Shown in pieces: positions 1-8,924 of a stretch of DNA of 45,528 nt. The position numbers and the translations under genes were made by a program. The notes under the pieces are model-generated. The model saw only the letters and a list, made by a program, of their open reading frames with translations. It made no database searches and was not told where the DNA came from. The stretch covers positions 1 through 45,528 of the forward strand of contig JAGGYZ010000299.1 in NCBI GenBank assembly GCA_021162285.1. Direction: 5' to 3'. Numbering within the stretch: position 1 is the first letter of the stretch; every line of letters begins with the position of its first letter. This DNA comes from Candidatus Fermentibacteraceae bacterium (GTDB lineage Bacteria > Fermentibacterota > Fermentibacteria > Fermentibacterales > JCC-6).

Positions 1-209
1 AAAGTTCAGGCCACTTGTTACCGTACCGTCTGAACCCCGGAGAGGATTTCTCATCATGGCGTAGTGGCCTCTGTAAAGCAGGCTTAAAGTATCCACCAGT
101 ATAAGCGTGCGTGCCATGTATGTTCCTTCCGTCAATGTGACTGCGGAATATAATCAGAAGCCAGTCTTTCTTGACAGTTCACCTCAAAACCTCGTATTCT
201 CCACCAACT

Positions 210-1082
210 ATGAAAAAACTACCTTTCAAGACTCTTCGGCATGCCCTTACTGTTCCGGCTTTCAAGCTGGTGATACTTGTGTCTGCAGTCACACCGAGAT
301 GGTTGTCATACATAAATGCCCGTATTCTGGGGTGGTTGCTCTCCCGTCTTCCACTGCCCTCCAACAGGATAATTGAAAAACACATACACGGTGTTATGAA
401 GGACAACGGCATTGCAGCCAGTGCTGCCGGCATATACTCAAGTGTTCTGGCGAGCTTCTTTGACTTCTTCTATCTGTCTTACAGAAGTGATTCTGCTTTC
501 AGAAAACTGGTTGAAGTCCGCGGAGCGGAAAACATAGCCGAGGCAACGTCACAAGGCACCGGAGTTATTGCAGTGACTGCTCACTTCAGTGCCTGGGAAC
601 TTCTTCCAAGAGCTGTAAAACTGCTGGGGTTTGAAACCGCCGTTGTTGGAAGATCCCTTTCACAAAGGGATGCCTCTTGTGTTCTTGACAAACTGAGGCA
701 GAAACCGGGGATACAGACGGTGGACAGAGATGCAGGTGCCTCCCCCATCGTGCGTCTGCTTCGCAGCGGTCATGCGCTGGGAATACTTATCGACCAGAGC
801 ACCAGAGGAGTAGACAGTGAGCTTTGCGATTTTCTTGGCCGCCAGGCACCTACCCCAGTTTCACCGGCAATCCTTGCAAAGAGGTTAAAGGTTCCGGTGG
901 TTACGCTGCATATAACCCGAAGAAAAAATCACAGCTACATTCTTGAAATCGACAAACCACTTTTCTTTGACGAAAAAGATTCTGTTTCAGGTATACTGGA
1001 ACAGCTCAACAGCAGAATCAGCAACTGGATTCTGAGCGCTCCCGAACAATGGGTCTGGTTTCACGACAGATGGCGGAAGTAG
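210..1082 (+). CDS. Lipid A late acyltransferase family protein (LpxL/HtrB-like lysophospholipid acyltransferase)
   Basis: The ORF track gives 171-1082 with a TTG start; I prefer the ATG at 210 (MKKLPF...). It has an N-terminal hydrophobic anchor. It carries the family HX4E box (TAHFSAWELL) and a family-typical C-terminus (EQWVWFHDRWRK). Confidence 0.72.
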   Translation: MKKLPFKTLRHALTVPAFKLVILVSAVTPRWLSYINARILGWLLSRLPLPSNRIIEKHIHGVMKDNGIAASAAGIYSSVLASFFDFFYLSYRSDSAFRKLVEVRGAENIAEATSQGTGVIAVTAHFSAWELLPRAVKLLGFETAVVGRSLSQRDASCVLDKLRQKPGIQTVDRDAGASPIVRLLRSGHALGILIDQSTRGVDSELCDFLGRQAPTPVSPAILAKRLKVPVVTLHITRRKNHSYILEIDKPLFFDEKDSVSGILEQLNSRISNWILSAPEQWVWFHDRWRK

Positions 1083-1085
1083 CAG

Positions 1086-2252
1086 TCAGGATCTGTTCCG
1101 TTTTTCCCCGGCATGTCGTACAGCGTCCTTTGCAAACACGCCTGCGTTGTGCAGCACCATTCTCAGTTTGCTGATGTTTTCAACTTTTTCATACAGTTTT
1201 ACGATCTCCGCCAGCTGTCTGTCACCGGCGTGGCCGTCAGGCATGTAGAATGAGTGTTCCAGCAGTTTTCTCCGAATATCGGCATAGCTGTCGGAAACGA
1301 GGTTGCGCTGTATAACCGGCAGGATATCTTCCTCTGTGTAAAGGACATCACCAGCCTGCCACGCGTAGGTGTTTGAAAGCTGATCGTCTGAAGGTCTGTA
1401 GTGTTCAGGAGAAGGGTTTGCAAACACAATTGGTCTGCCTGTGTGAAGCCACTCGTAGCACACTGCAGATATATCGGAGATCATCAGATCAGCCTGGTTC
1501 ATGTACTCTGTTATGTTGGAATCTATTACAACTTTAACCTGGTCTTCAACTTTCAGATCTGCAATGCATCTGTCGATATTGTCGTAGATGTCCCTGTGGC
1601 TTTCATAGATACGAGAGTGGTACTTTATGATGAGGTTCCAGTGTGGTGAAACAGCCTTTATCAGTTTTGTTCCCCACAGCGGCAGTGAGCTCTCACCATA
1701 CTCTGAAAACTTCAGTCTTGAACCGGAACCCTGTGTTATCCATGTAGGAGCGTACAGGATCGTGGGTCTTCCGTTGCTGAAAAGCGGTTTTTTTGAAATA
1801 ATTCCGCTTACCAGTTTGTCAAACTTTGGATAACCCACAACTTTGAACCTCTCCGGATGCTTCAGTCTGTAGGCACCGGCTATTTTCTCCATGTGCCTTT
1901 TCCCTGGAAGAAGCAGAAGATCGTAAAGCAGAATTCTTTTGTGGTTCAGCAGGTAGTGTTTATCAGAAGCACCGTGAAACACCTGAATGGAATACCCCCA
2001 GAATATCAACTGAAATCCTGTGTATACAACCATCTTTGTGTCCAGCCGGTTCATCAGCTTCTTGGCTTCTGTTGAGTTTTTAACAAGGATCAGGTCATTT
2101 CCCAGTTCAGGATGTCTGTCTCTGAGATGGCTGTAGATATCAGGATTTTTTGTAAATATCACTCCCCCCAGGCTTTCGTAGATATGCTGAACATGGGCGA
2201 AGTGCTGAATATCCGTTCTAAGCCAGTAGGCAATTCTGTAGTTCCCCGGCAT
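1086..2252 (-). CDS. CDP-glycerol glycerophosphotransferase family protein (TagB/TagF-like), paralog 1
   Basis: 388 aa. TagF catalytic-domain signatures: GRPTILYAPTW, IIKYHSR, and LMISDISAVCYEWLHTGRPIVF. ATG at 2250-2252, one nt after the stop of the upstream gene. Confidence 0.75.
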   Translation of the reverse strand: MPGNYRIAYWLRTDIQHFAHVQHIYESLGGVIFTKNPDIYSHLRDRHPELGNDLILVKNSTEAKKLMNRLDTKMVVYTGFQLIFWGYSIQVFHGASDKHYLLNHKRILLYDLLLLPGKRHMEKIAGAYRLKHPERFKVVGYPKFDKLVSGIISKKPLFSNGRPTILYAPTWITQGSGSRLKFSEYGESSLPLWGTKLIKAVSPHWNLIIKYHSRIYESHRDIYDNIDRCIADLKVEDQVKVVIDSNITEYMNQADLMISDISAVCYEWLHTGRPIVFANPSPEHYRPSDDQLSNTYAWQAGDVLYTEEDILPVIQRNLVSDSYADIRRKLLEHSFYMPDGHAGDRQLAEIVKLYEKVENISKLRMVLHNAGVFAKDAVRHAGEKRNRS

Positions 2253-2253
2253 G

Positions 2254-3345
2254 CTATTTATCCTCCAGCAGAACAGAATCTATGCAGTGTTTTACCCTTT
2301 CGGAAGCCTTTCCATCGAGCCCTGCAAAAAAATAGTTCCTGTATTCCTCCAGCTTCTGCTTCATCCCCGGCGAAGGAAACAGTGCCGATTCTACTGCGGA
2401 TTGCAGCTGATCCGGGCTTGAGATGTGCGGGAAAGCACCTTTGAGCCACTCTTCAGGGTCTATTGAAAGAACCGGCATGCCGTCTGAATGCCTGGGGTTA
2501 CCCTGGGGCAGCTGGTAGATGATACCGTGCTTTCCCAGTGCAAGAAATTCGTTTACAACACTGGAAGTGTCACTTATAAGTGTATCTGCAAGAAACAGGT
2601 AGGGATAGACATCGTATTCATCAGCAGGAACAAGAAACATCTCTCTGTGCTTCCCGGCCAGTTCCTGATACAGTCGGTGCTGGGAATGGGGAGCATACTT
2701 TCCCCCCCAGGAATAGGGATGAAGCTTTACTACCAGGTTGTACTCCGGCAGCAGTTTCAGAATGCTGTCTCCTATGTGATCAATACAGCTGGGTTTGTAC
2801 GACGGAGCGAACAGTACAGTTTTTTTACGCGGATCCAGTCCCAGCCTGCTTATCAGTGATGGATTGTCGAAGTGACCCGGTTGAAAAAACGGATCGAGTT
2901 TCGGCAGACCTGTAACATGAAAATCAGCTGAGTTTTCATATCCCAGGCTCTTCACATAATCGTACCAGTACTGCCCCTCCAGAAAGACATGATACCTTGC
3001 GTTTTTCTGCCTGACAATGTTCCTGATGCGAAGTGTCTTTATTCCCACTCCGTGGTCAAGGTGAAACTTTGGAACATCTCCGTATTTTTCAGGCTTTTTC
3101 AATGCATCTCCGCAGACGACTCCGTCAAACCCGGCGGTTCTGTCTGTTACCTGAAACCCTCTGGAACGGAGTTCGTCCTGAATTTTTTCTCTGTTTGAGA
3201 CCATGAATATCCCGAGATACCGGTGCTGGTCTTTCCCCGATCTGATCCACAGATCGTACCGGGGATCCTGCTTCAGAACTCTGTAAAGGGGATAAAGTGA
3301 ATTGAAATAGTACTGCTTCTTCAGATCAAAAAGAATCTTTTTCAC
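2254..3345 (-). CDS. CDP-glycerol glycerophosphotransferase family protein (TagB/TagF-like), paralog 2
   Basis: 363 aa. Signatures KKTVLFAPSYKPS, VVKLHPY and TLISDTSSVVNEFLALGKHGI. GTG start with a GTGA overlap onto the upstream stop (3342-3345). Confidence 0.7.
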   Translation of the reverse strand: MKKILFDLKKQYYFNSLYPLYRVLKQDPRYDLWIRSGKDQHRYLGIFMVSNREKIQDELRSRGFQVTDRTAGFDGVVCGDALKKPEKYGDVPKFHLDHGVGIKTLRIRNIVRQKNARYHVFLEGQYWYDYVKSLGYENSADFHVTGLPKLDPFFQPGHFDNPSLISRLGLDPRKKTVLFAPSYKPSCIDHIGDSILKLLPEYNLVVKLHPYSWGGKYAPHSQHRLYQELAGKHREMFLVPADEYDVYPYLFLADTLISDTSSVVNEFLALGKHGIIYQLPQGNPRHSDGMPVLSIDPEEWLKGAFPHISSPDQLQSAVESALFPSPGMKQKLEEYRNYFFAGLDGKASERVKHCIDSVLLEDK

Positions 3346-4403
3346 TGTTTCAGCTCACCGGCCACACCGTTGATAAATTCCACCGCACGGTCTACAGACT
3401 TTCCGTCGTTGAAGTAAAAACAGTTGTGAAGCATTTCCAGATAGTTTGAACTGTCTGCCGACAGGTTTCTGTTTACAACATCCAGAACTCTGTCTGAATC
3501 GTTATAAAAGTCAGCGATCTTCATTACATTCATGGTGTCCGGCATAGTGTGCAGACCGCTGAAATCGGTATCTGCTATGACAATTGGCTTTCCGGTAATG
3601 AGATATTCGTACAGCACTGAGGAAGTATCTGAAATCAAGATATCTGAAACTGCGAAATCATGCATTGTATCACTGGTTGCAATTCTGTTGGAATTGGAAA
3701 AGTAAACCCGCTTTATCCCGTTGAGTTTTACCCACAGTTTGAGTTCTGGCACCCGGTGGGAATCGAAATGATGCGGTCTGATAATAAGATTGTGTTCAGC
3801 GGTTATCTCTTTCATAAACGGCTTTGCATACTTTCCGAGTGTTCCGTTACCCCATTTCCATGTAGGTGCGTACAGAACAGTTTTTCTTGCTTTGTCTTCT
3901 TCCGGAACACCCATTCGGTCCATGATCGCGTCTCTGTCCAGTTTACCGTTGACATAGTCATCAAACCTGAGATTACCTATCTTCACAAGGCTGTTTTCCG
4001 GAAAACTAAGATCGCTGTCTTTGAACTTTTCCATGTGCTTGGGTCCGGAAACAAAAACATACTGGTAGTTAAGAAGAGTATGTGCCTTTCCGCCGTACTT
4101 TTTGTCACCTGTACCGTGACCGATGAAGATGCTTCTTGATTTTTCCCTGTCATTCCGTACTCTTGCATTTGACTGGGAGAGGATAATCCCGGTTAAGTCG
4201 GAGACATACCTCAGTTTTCTTCTCTTTACAACCGGTGTTCCCAGGAATGCACCGCTGCCGGCAGCAACGCTGCCTCTGAGAAATCTCTTGAACTTGAGAA
4301 GTGTTTTGTACTTCCTTACGATGAACTCCCCGCCAATACGGTTGTACAGCGGCCACGCATAGGACAACTGATAGATCTGATTTGCGAAATAGTAAGTGTT
4401 CAC
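3342..4403 (-). CDS. CDP-glycerol glycerophosphotransferase family protein (TagB/TagF-like), paralog 3
   Basis: 353 aa. Signatures RKTVLYAPTWKWG, IIRPHHF and ILISDTSSVLYEYLITGKPIV. GTG start with a GTGA overlap onto the upstream nucleotidyltransferase stop (4400-4403). Confidence 0.75.
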   Translation of the reverse strand: MNTYYFANQIYQLSYAWPLYNRIGGEFIVRKYKTLLKFKRFLRGSVAAGSGAFLGTPVVKRRKLRYVSDLTGIILSQSNARVRNDREKSRSIFIGHGTGDKKYGGKAHTLLNYQYVFVSGPKHMEKFKDSDLSFPENSLVKIGNLRFDDYVNGKLDRDAIMDRMGVPEEDKARKTVLYAPTWKWGNGTLGKYAKPFMKEITAEHNLIIRPHHFDSHRVPELKLWVKLNGIKRVYFSNSNRIATSDTMHDFAVSDILISDTSSVLYEYLITGKPIVIADTDFSGLHTMPDTMNVMKIADFYNDSDRVLDVVNRNLSADSSNYLEMLHNCFYFNDGKSVDRAVEFINGVAGELKQ

Positions 4404-5158
4404 CGGATACCGCCGCCTCTCATGTGGGCGGTAATTCTGTCTATAAGATCGTTAAACCCGAACATCTCAGGTGTATCCAGATCGATCCACTGCAGGCCAC
4501 CTATATCAATACCGGTCATGTTTCCCAGCCCGGCATACACGTTACAGGCATCCGAGAGGGAATCTCTTCCATCCTGTATGGATTGCCTCAGAACACTGAA
4601 AAAACTGTGGCTGAGTTTAAACATCCCGCAGTCTATTGCCTGGTAGTCGGTGAACTTTTTGTCCAGACCTGTTATCCTGTATCTCTCGCTATCAGTTCTC
4701 ATACACTTCACCTTCATCCCGTCATCGATATCCGGGATCCCACTGAGCTTAAAGTCGATGGCAAGAACGGCCTGGTTGTGTTCCAGAGGTGTGTTCGCCG
4801 TTATTCTCAGCATCTCAGGCTCGAAGATGTGATCGCTCATCAAAAGAATGAACTCTTCGTCCGGCTCAACAGCCTGTTCAGCAGTCAGAACCGAAACACC
4901 ATTGGAAAGATTCCACTGCGGATTGCGGCAGAACTGAATACACAGCGATTCCGGTACTGAAGAGGTCAGGTAATCTTCCAGAGTCTGCGCCTCGTAACCT
5001 GTAACCACAACCACATCCGTTATTCCGGACTGTTGTATGGAGTTAAGAATGATATCAATTATTCTGTTTCCCCCGATTTTCAGAAGCGTCTTTGGAATAC
5101 CATTGTGCCGTGACTCAAGCCGGGAGCCGGATCCTGCCGCTATAATGACTGCCTTCAT
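4400..5158 (-). CDS. Alcohol/sugar-phosphate nucleotidyltransferase (LicC / inositol-1-phosphate cytidylyltransferase-like, tentative)
   Basis: 252 aa. N-terminal MKAVIIAAGSGSRL...IPKTLLKIGG nucleotidyltransferase signature. Central NPQWNLSNGVSVL...FILLMSDHIF and C-terminal WIDLDTPE resemble my recollection of LicC/IPCT-type cytidylyltransferases rather than TagD or IspD types. First gene of the TagF x3 operon. Confidence 0.6.
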   Translation of the reverse strand: MKAVIIAAGSGSRLESRHNGIPKTLLKIGGNRIIDIILNSIQQSGITDVVVVTGYEAQTLEDYLTSSVPESLCIQFCRNPQWNLSNGVSVLTAEQAVEPDEEFILLMSDHIFEPEMLRITANTPLEHNQAVLAIDFKLSGIPDIDDGMKVKCMRTDSERYRITGLDKKFTDYQAIDCGMFKLSHSFFSVLRQSIQDGRDSLSDACNVYAGLGNMTGIDIGGLQWIDLDTPEMFGFNDLIDRITAHMRGGGIR

Positions 5159-5332
5159 CAGACGCTCCCGTGTATCTTGTTGTATATAATAATGTTACGA
5201 AACATAGTGACATGATACTCAATGCGAATTATAACTATCAGTCTGTGTTTTTGCAAGAAAAGCAGCGTGTATGGCTCTGTGTTATATTTGTCTGCTGGAA
5301 AATACTTTATTATCACAGTTCGCTTTGGAGAA
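5159..5332. promoter_or_regulatory. AT-rich divergent intergenic region; presumed promoters for the minus-strand TagF operon and the plus-strand DUF6165-like/GT9 pair
   Basis: The only sizeable non-coding gap in the first 7 kb. It is flanked by divergently oriented starts (5158 minus, 5333/5339 plus) and is visibly AT-rich (for example tgtatataataatgttacgaaaca). No specific -35/-10 pair is assigned. Confidence 0.3.
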
Positions 5333-5728
5333 ATGCAGATGAAAATAGAGGTTTCCGTGGGAGAACTGGTGGACAAAGTTTCCATCCTGGAGATAAAACT
5401 CGAGAAAATACTGAATCCTGAAAAACTGGCCAATGTAAAAAGAGAATACAACCTTCTGCTTGAATGCATGAAACTGCTTGATCTGTCAAATCACTCGGAT
5501 ATTTTTCTGGAATTGAAGAAGATAAATCTCTGCATCTGGGAAACAGAAGACAGCATACGGAAACTTGAAGCAGAGAAGCGATTTGATGCTGAGTTTATAA
5601 CACATGCCAGGAATGTGTACTTCGACAACGACAGACGGGCTGCACTGAAAAAGCAGATCAACACCCGGTACAATTCCCGTGTTGTGGAAGAGAAGCAGTA
5701 CACGGATTACGGGCAGAAGCTCAAGTGA
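5333..5728 (+). CDS. Small helical protein, DUF6165-like (function unknown)
   Basis: The ORF track starts at 5222. I prefer ATG 5333 or 5339 (MQMKIEVSVGELVDKVSILEIKLEKI...), with GGAG at about 5326-5329. The sequence pattern (IEVSxGELxDKxSILEIK ... LWExED ... VYFxND.R) matches my recollection of DUF6165 proteins, which are often found beside glycosyltransferase genes. Its stop overlaps the GT9 start (GTGA at 5725-5728). Confidence 0.5.
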   Translation: MQMKIEVSVGELVDKVSILEIKLEKILNPEKLANVKREYNLLLECMKLLDLSNHSDIFLELKKINLCIWETEDSIRKLEAEKRFDAEFITHARNVYFDNDRRAALKKQINTRYNSRVVEEKQYTDYGQKLK

Positions 5729-6777
5729 GCAGGCTCATTACTCAAGACAAACTGCTTAAGATAAACAAGATTCTGATCATTCAGTACAAACCGTTCGGGG
5801 ATGTTCTTCTTAACACAGGGTACCTGCCTGCACTCAGGGCGGCGTTTCCAGAAGCCACGATAGACTACCTGGTTCAGAAACCCTATACAACCATCCTTGA
5901 GAACAATGCCTGTGTTGACAACATTATCGTGATGAACAAGCTCAAAACCGGAACACTGGCATATGCAGCTGACAGACTCCATCTGATTTTAAGAATTCGC
6001 AGGGAGAACTACGATGTTGTAATAGACCAGGCCCGCGGCCCGGGTGCTGCGGAGATCACCCTGTTCAGCGGGGCCCAATACCGCATTGGCTGGCACAAAA
6101 CAAAGAAATGGAGCTGGTTCAAAGGGCACAACTGGGTTTACAACTACCGTGAGTTAAAAAACCACAACATCTATTCAGCCAGAGCAAAGTTCGGGCTGCT
6201 GCGTCCTCTTGGAATACAGGAAATTCCGCACAATACATACATCCATGTGCTTCCGGAGTCTGAAAACAAAGTACGAAACTGGCTGAAGCAAATGGGAATA
6301 CTGAACAAAAGTATTGCAGTGTTCTCTCCGGTAACACCTATCAGAAAAAGACAGTGGGATTTCAGGCGTTTTGCAGAAGTTGCAGACATGGTGACGGAAA
6401 AGTATGGATTCAATGTCGTTCTGCTCTGGGGACCTGGAGAAAAGAAAAAGGTTGAACACATGGCCTCCCTGATGAAGAACATGCCGCTGGTTGCACCTCC
6501 CACAACTTTCAACGAAGCAGCAGCAATGCTGAAACACGCCAGAATCTACTTTGGAAACAATGGAGGCATTCACCACCTTGCCGTTGCTGCAGGAACACCG
6601 ACTGTAACCGTATTCGGGCCTGGAACCAGTCCTCTGAAGTGGGCTGCGTGGCACATGCCGCAGCATACCTATCTTATCAACAGTGATCTTGATGAGTATA
6701 CAGACGGTAGCTTTGGTGTTACACCTGAAATGGTTTTCAGGGAATTCGAAAGACTTATGGAGCACGGACACATCTGA
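5725..6777 (+). CDS. Glycosyltransferase family 9 (LPS heptosyltransferase-family) protein
   Basis: 350 aa. N-terminal ILIIQYKPFGDVLLNTGYLPALRAAFPEATIDYLV and C-terminal FGNNGGIHHLAVAAGTPTVTVFGP are classic GT9 (RfaC/RfaF-like) signatures. Confidence 0.75.
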   Translation: MSRLITQDKLLKINKILIIQYKPFGDVLLNTGYLPALRAAFPEATIDYLVQKPYTTILENNACVDNIIVMNKLKTGTLAYAADRLHLILRIRRENYDVVIDQARGPGAAEITLFSGAQYRIGWHKTKKWSWFKGHNWVYNYRELKNHNIYSARAKFGLLRPLGIQEIPHNTYIHVLPESENKVRNWLKQMGILNKSIAVFSPVTPIRKRQWDFRRFAEVADMVTEKYGFNVVLLWGPGEKKKVEHMASLMKNMPLVAPPTTFNEAAAMLKHARIYFGNNGGIHHLAVAAGTPTVTVFGPGTSPLKWAAWHMPQHTYLINSDLDEYTDGSFGVTPEMVFREFERLMEHGHI

Positions 6778-6823
6778 GATTTAACGCACTGACAAGGTCA
6801 CTGCACGCAAATGACGCTCTGCA

Positions 6824-7360
6824 CTACAGATCGATCAGGTGTGTAAGGTGCCAGTTCCCGGAGCTGTCCGGTTTGCAGACAAGGATGAATTCTCCTGTCT
6901 CTGTAAAACCCGTTTGCCCTGATGGATTGATTTTGTAGAATTGCAGCATATAACTTCTGGGATATGCAATTGATTCCCCTGATGGATCCTCGGGCCAGGT
7001 GTACTGATCCTCTCCTGTGAGAGTAAACTCACAGCAGTCGTATGCGGAGAAGTACCCCTCTGCAAATGTGAGTTCCAGGTTGTAGCCCCAGGTGCTGTCA
7101 ATTACTCCGTCTCCGTTGTAGTCATCCCAGTTCTCCTCCAGCAGATGGTGCAGAAATCCATTGTCCAGAGTAACTGCAAGAAGATCATTGTCCATAGTGT
7201 CGTAGGCGTACTCGTAGTTGTCGATGGCTTTCCAGCCTTCATTCACAGGGTCATGCGGAAGAACCGGAGGTGTTATCCCTGTAGTGTCATTACCGCAGGC
7301 GGTCAGTATCAGGAACACTGGTATCAGCATTGTTAATATCTCTGCTGACGCTCTCTTCAT
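6824..7360 (-). CDS. Lipoprotein, function unknown
   Basis: The ORF track starts at 7390. I prefer ATG 7358-7360, preceded by GGAGGAG. The signal peptide plus lipobox is MKRASAEILTMLIPVFLILTAC-GND. The mature part is acidic and Trp/Tyr-rich, and I recognise no family. Confidence 0.55.
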   Translation of the reverse strand: MKRASAEILTMLIPVFLILTACGNDTTGITPPVLPHDPVNEGWKAIDNYEYAYDTMDNDLLAVTLDNGFLHHLLEENWDDYNGDGVIDSTWGYNLELTFAEGYFSAYDCCEFTLTGEDQYTWPEDPSGESIAYPRSYMLQFYKINPSGQTGFTETGEFILVCKPDSSGNWHLTHLIDL

Positions 7361-7477
7361 CTCTCCTCCAGCCGGGCTGTTTGAATCCACTGTTATTCTT
7401 CTGTGTGGCGGACCTGGATAACAATTGAGGTAATAGCAGCAACAACGATCGTTTGTTCCAGCTCATATTACAAATAT

Positions 7478-8518
7478 TTAACGCATGTATCCCTTCCGAA
7501 ACCGGCTGTGGTACAGGATCTGCAGTTTACGGAACAGATTCAGAGGTTTCCGCCTTGTTCCCACAGGTTCTTCAGGGTCTATTGTAGATAGAAGATCAAT
7601 AATACCCTTTGATATGTTTCCGTCCAGCCTGGGATTTACCTGTTCAAGATGACGCTTCCGATTGTTTGAAAACTCCCCTGGATTCAGTAATGATCTATCC
7701 AGTGCAGCCCTGAGCTCCCGGGGCTCCTGTATGTTGACACCCTTGTCTTTTCTCGCAAGTGTTCTGAAGGTTACAACCGGTTTGTCCAAAACCATAAACT
7801 CGTAGATCACAGATGACGTATCTGAAACCATCACATCCGCCAGGTAAAGATACGGCGTGATGTCATAATCGGTGATAAGGCGAAAGTGCTGTTTGTCTGC
7901 AATTCCGTTTACAAGAGATCTGTCCATGAATTCGTGTGGCTTGCACAGCCAGATCTCATCCGGTTTCATTGTTTTTTCTATTTCAGGAAGAAGCAGCGTC
8001 GCAGACTGCATGGTTCTGCTGTGTGTGGGAGAATAGAGGATAACCTTCCTGCCTGCAGGGATATCGTACCTTTCTTTAAGGTCTGTCGTGTCGTATTTCA
8101 GTATGTGGTCTATCTTGGGCCACCCGGTTTCCACAATTCTGAAGTATTTGTTTTTCTTCTGCATCTGTGTAAATCGCCTGGTCACAACCGGCCCTGATGT
8201 AAGGTACATGTCGAAGAAGTGCCTTATTCTGTAGTGAGAAGGCTTCTCAACACCTATACCGTGGAAAAGCTCTACTTTTATCCCCGGCAGGCGGAAATCC
8301 ACAAAATTCCCGGGGCACAGAACAAAGTCAGGCTTGAAAGCGGTCGCACTCTTTAAATCTGTAAAAACCGGTAGAGCTGAAATTTCATCGGGAAGACTTT
8401 TCTTTACCTTTGAACTTGCGAAAAGGGCGATTTTCACCCCTCTGCGTTCTGCCTCCTTCACCAGAGGCTGTACAACTGGAACAGAGTAGAGTTTTGAAAC
8501 ATAGAACAGCAGTTTCAT
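7478..8518 (-). CDS. CDP-glycerol glycerophosphotransferase family protein (TagB/TagF-like), paralog 4
   Basis: 346 aa. Signatures RKVILYSPTHS, LCKPHEF and VMVSDTSSVIYEFMVLDKPVV. Its ATG shares 1 nt with the tagD stop (TGATG at 8518). Confidence 0.72.
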   Translation of the reverse strand: MKLLFYVSKLYSVPVVQPLVKEAERRGVKIALFASSKVKKSLPDEISALPVFTDLKSATAFKPDFVLCPGNFVDFRLPGIKVELFHGIGVEKPSHYRIRHFFDMYLTSGPVVTRRFTQMQKKNKYFRIVETGWPKIDHILKYDTTDLKERYDIPAGRKVILYSPTHSRTMQSATLLLPEIEKTMKPDEIWLCKPHEFMDRSLVNGIADKQHFRLITDYDITPYLYLADVMVSDTSSVIYEFMVLDKPVVTFRTLARKDKGVNIQEPRELRAALDRSLLNPGEFSNNRKRHLEQVNPRLDGNISKGIIDLLSTIDPEEPVGTRRKPLNLFRKLQILYHSRFRKGYMR

Positions 8519-8919
8519 CAGGTAATTGACTTGCCGTTCTTTACTGTATTCCTGATGGATGTTGTTGAAATACTTTTCGTTCTGGGCAGGTACACCACCT
8601 CACAGTAGTCCTTCAGAAAATCAAACTTTCCAGCCCAGTCTTCCCCTATAACAAAAATGTCTATGGAATGCTTTCTGATATCATCAATTTTCTGTTCCCA
8701 GCTGGTTTCAGGAATCACTTCGTCTACACAGCGGATAGCTTCAACTATCTGCGCTCTGTGAGAATACGGATACACACACTGCTTGTGTTTACCTGTATTG
8801 AATTCATCTGTTGAAACAGCGACCACAAGGTAGTCGCCGAGAGATTTTGCCCGTTTCAGAATGTTTAGATGACCTATGTGAAACAGATCGAATGTTCCGT
8901 ATGTGATTACCTTTTTCAT
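8518..8919 (-). CDS. tagD: Glycerol-3-phosphate cytidylyltransferase
   Basis: The ORF track starts at 8955. I prefer ATG 8917-8919 (MKKVITYGTFDLFHIGHLNILKRAKSLGDYLVVAVSTDEFN), which lies just after the upstream stop at 8925-8927. It has the HxGH cytidylyltransferase motif and the typical TagD length (133 aa). Confidence 0.88.
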   Translation of the reverse strand: MKKVITYGTFDLFHIGHLNILKRAKSLGDYLVVAVSTDEFNTGKHKQCVYPYSHRAQIVEAIRCVDEVIPETSWEQKIDDIRKHSIDIFVIGEDWAGKFDFLKDYCEVVYLPRTKSISTTSIRNTVKNGKSIT

Positions 8920-8924
8920 TGGAG

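Noticed and set aside
1-57. Possible 5' end of a minus-strand gene leaving the window (MMRNPLRGSDGTVTSGLNF..., with GAGG about 10 nt upstream)
   Set aside because: Only 19 codons are visible and no motif is recognisable, so it cannot be supported from this window alone.
171-200. TTGACA (171-176), an 18-nt spacer, then TATTCT (195-200), as a promoter for the LpxL-like gene
   Set aside because: It would place the transcription start only about 3 nt before the ATG at 210 and leave no SD. It is possible as a leaderless arrangement, but it is equally compatible with being coding sequence if the TTG at 171 is the true start.
5158-5469. 103-aa minus-strand ORF spanning the divergent intergenic region
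   Set aside because: It is AT-rich and low-complexity (Ser/Phe/Ile-rich) and overlaps the well-supported DUF6165-like gene on the other strand. It is more likely promoter DNA.
7441-7457. Near-palindrome aacaacgatcgtttgtt downstream of the fourth TagF-like gene, considered as a terminator
   Set aside because: The stem has no loop and one unpaired T, and there is no U-tract in the transcribed (minus) orientation. It is not convincing as an intrinsic terminator.
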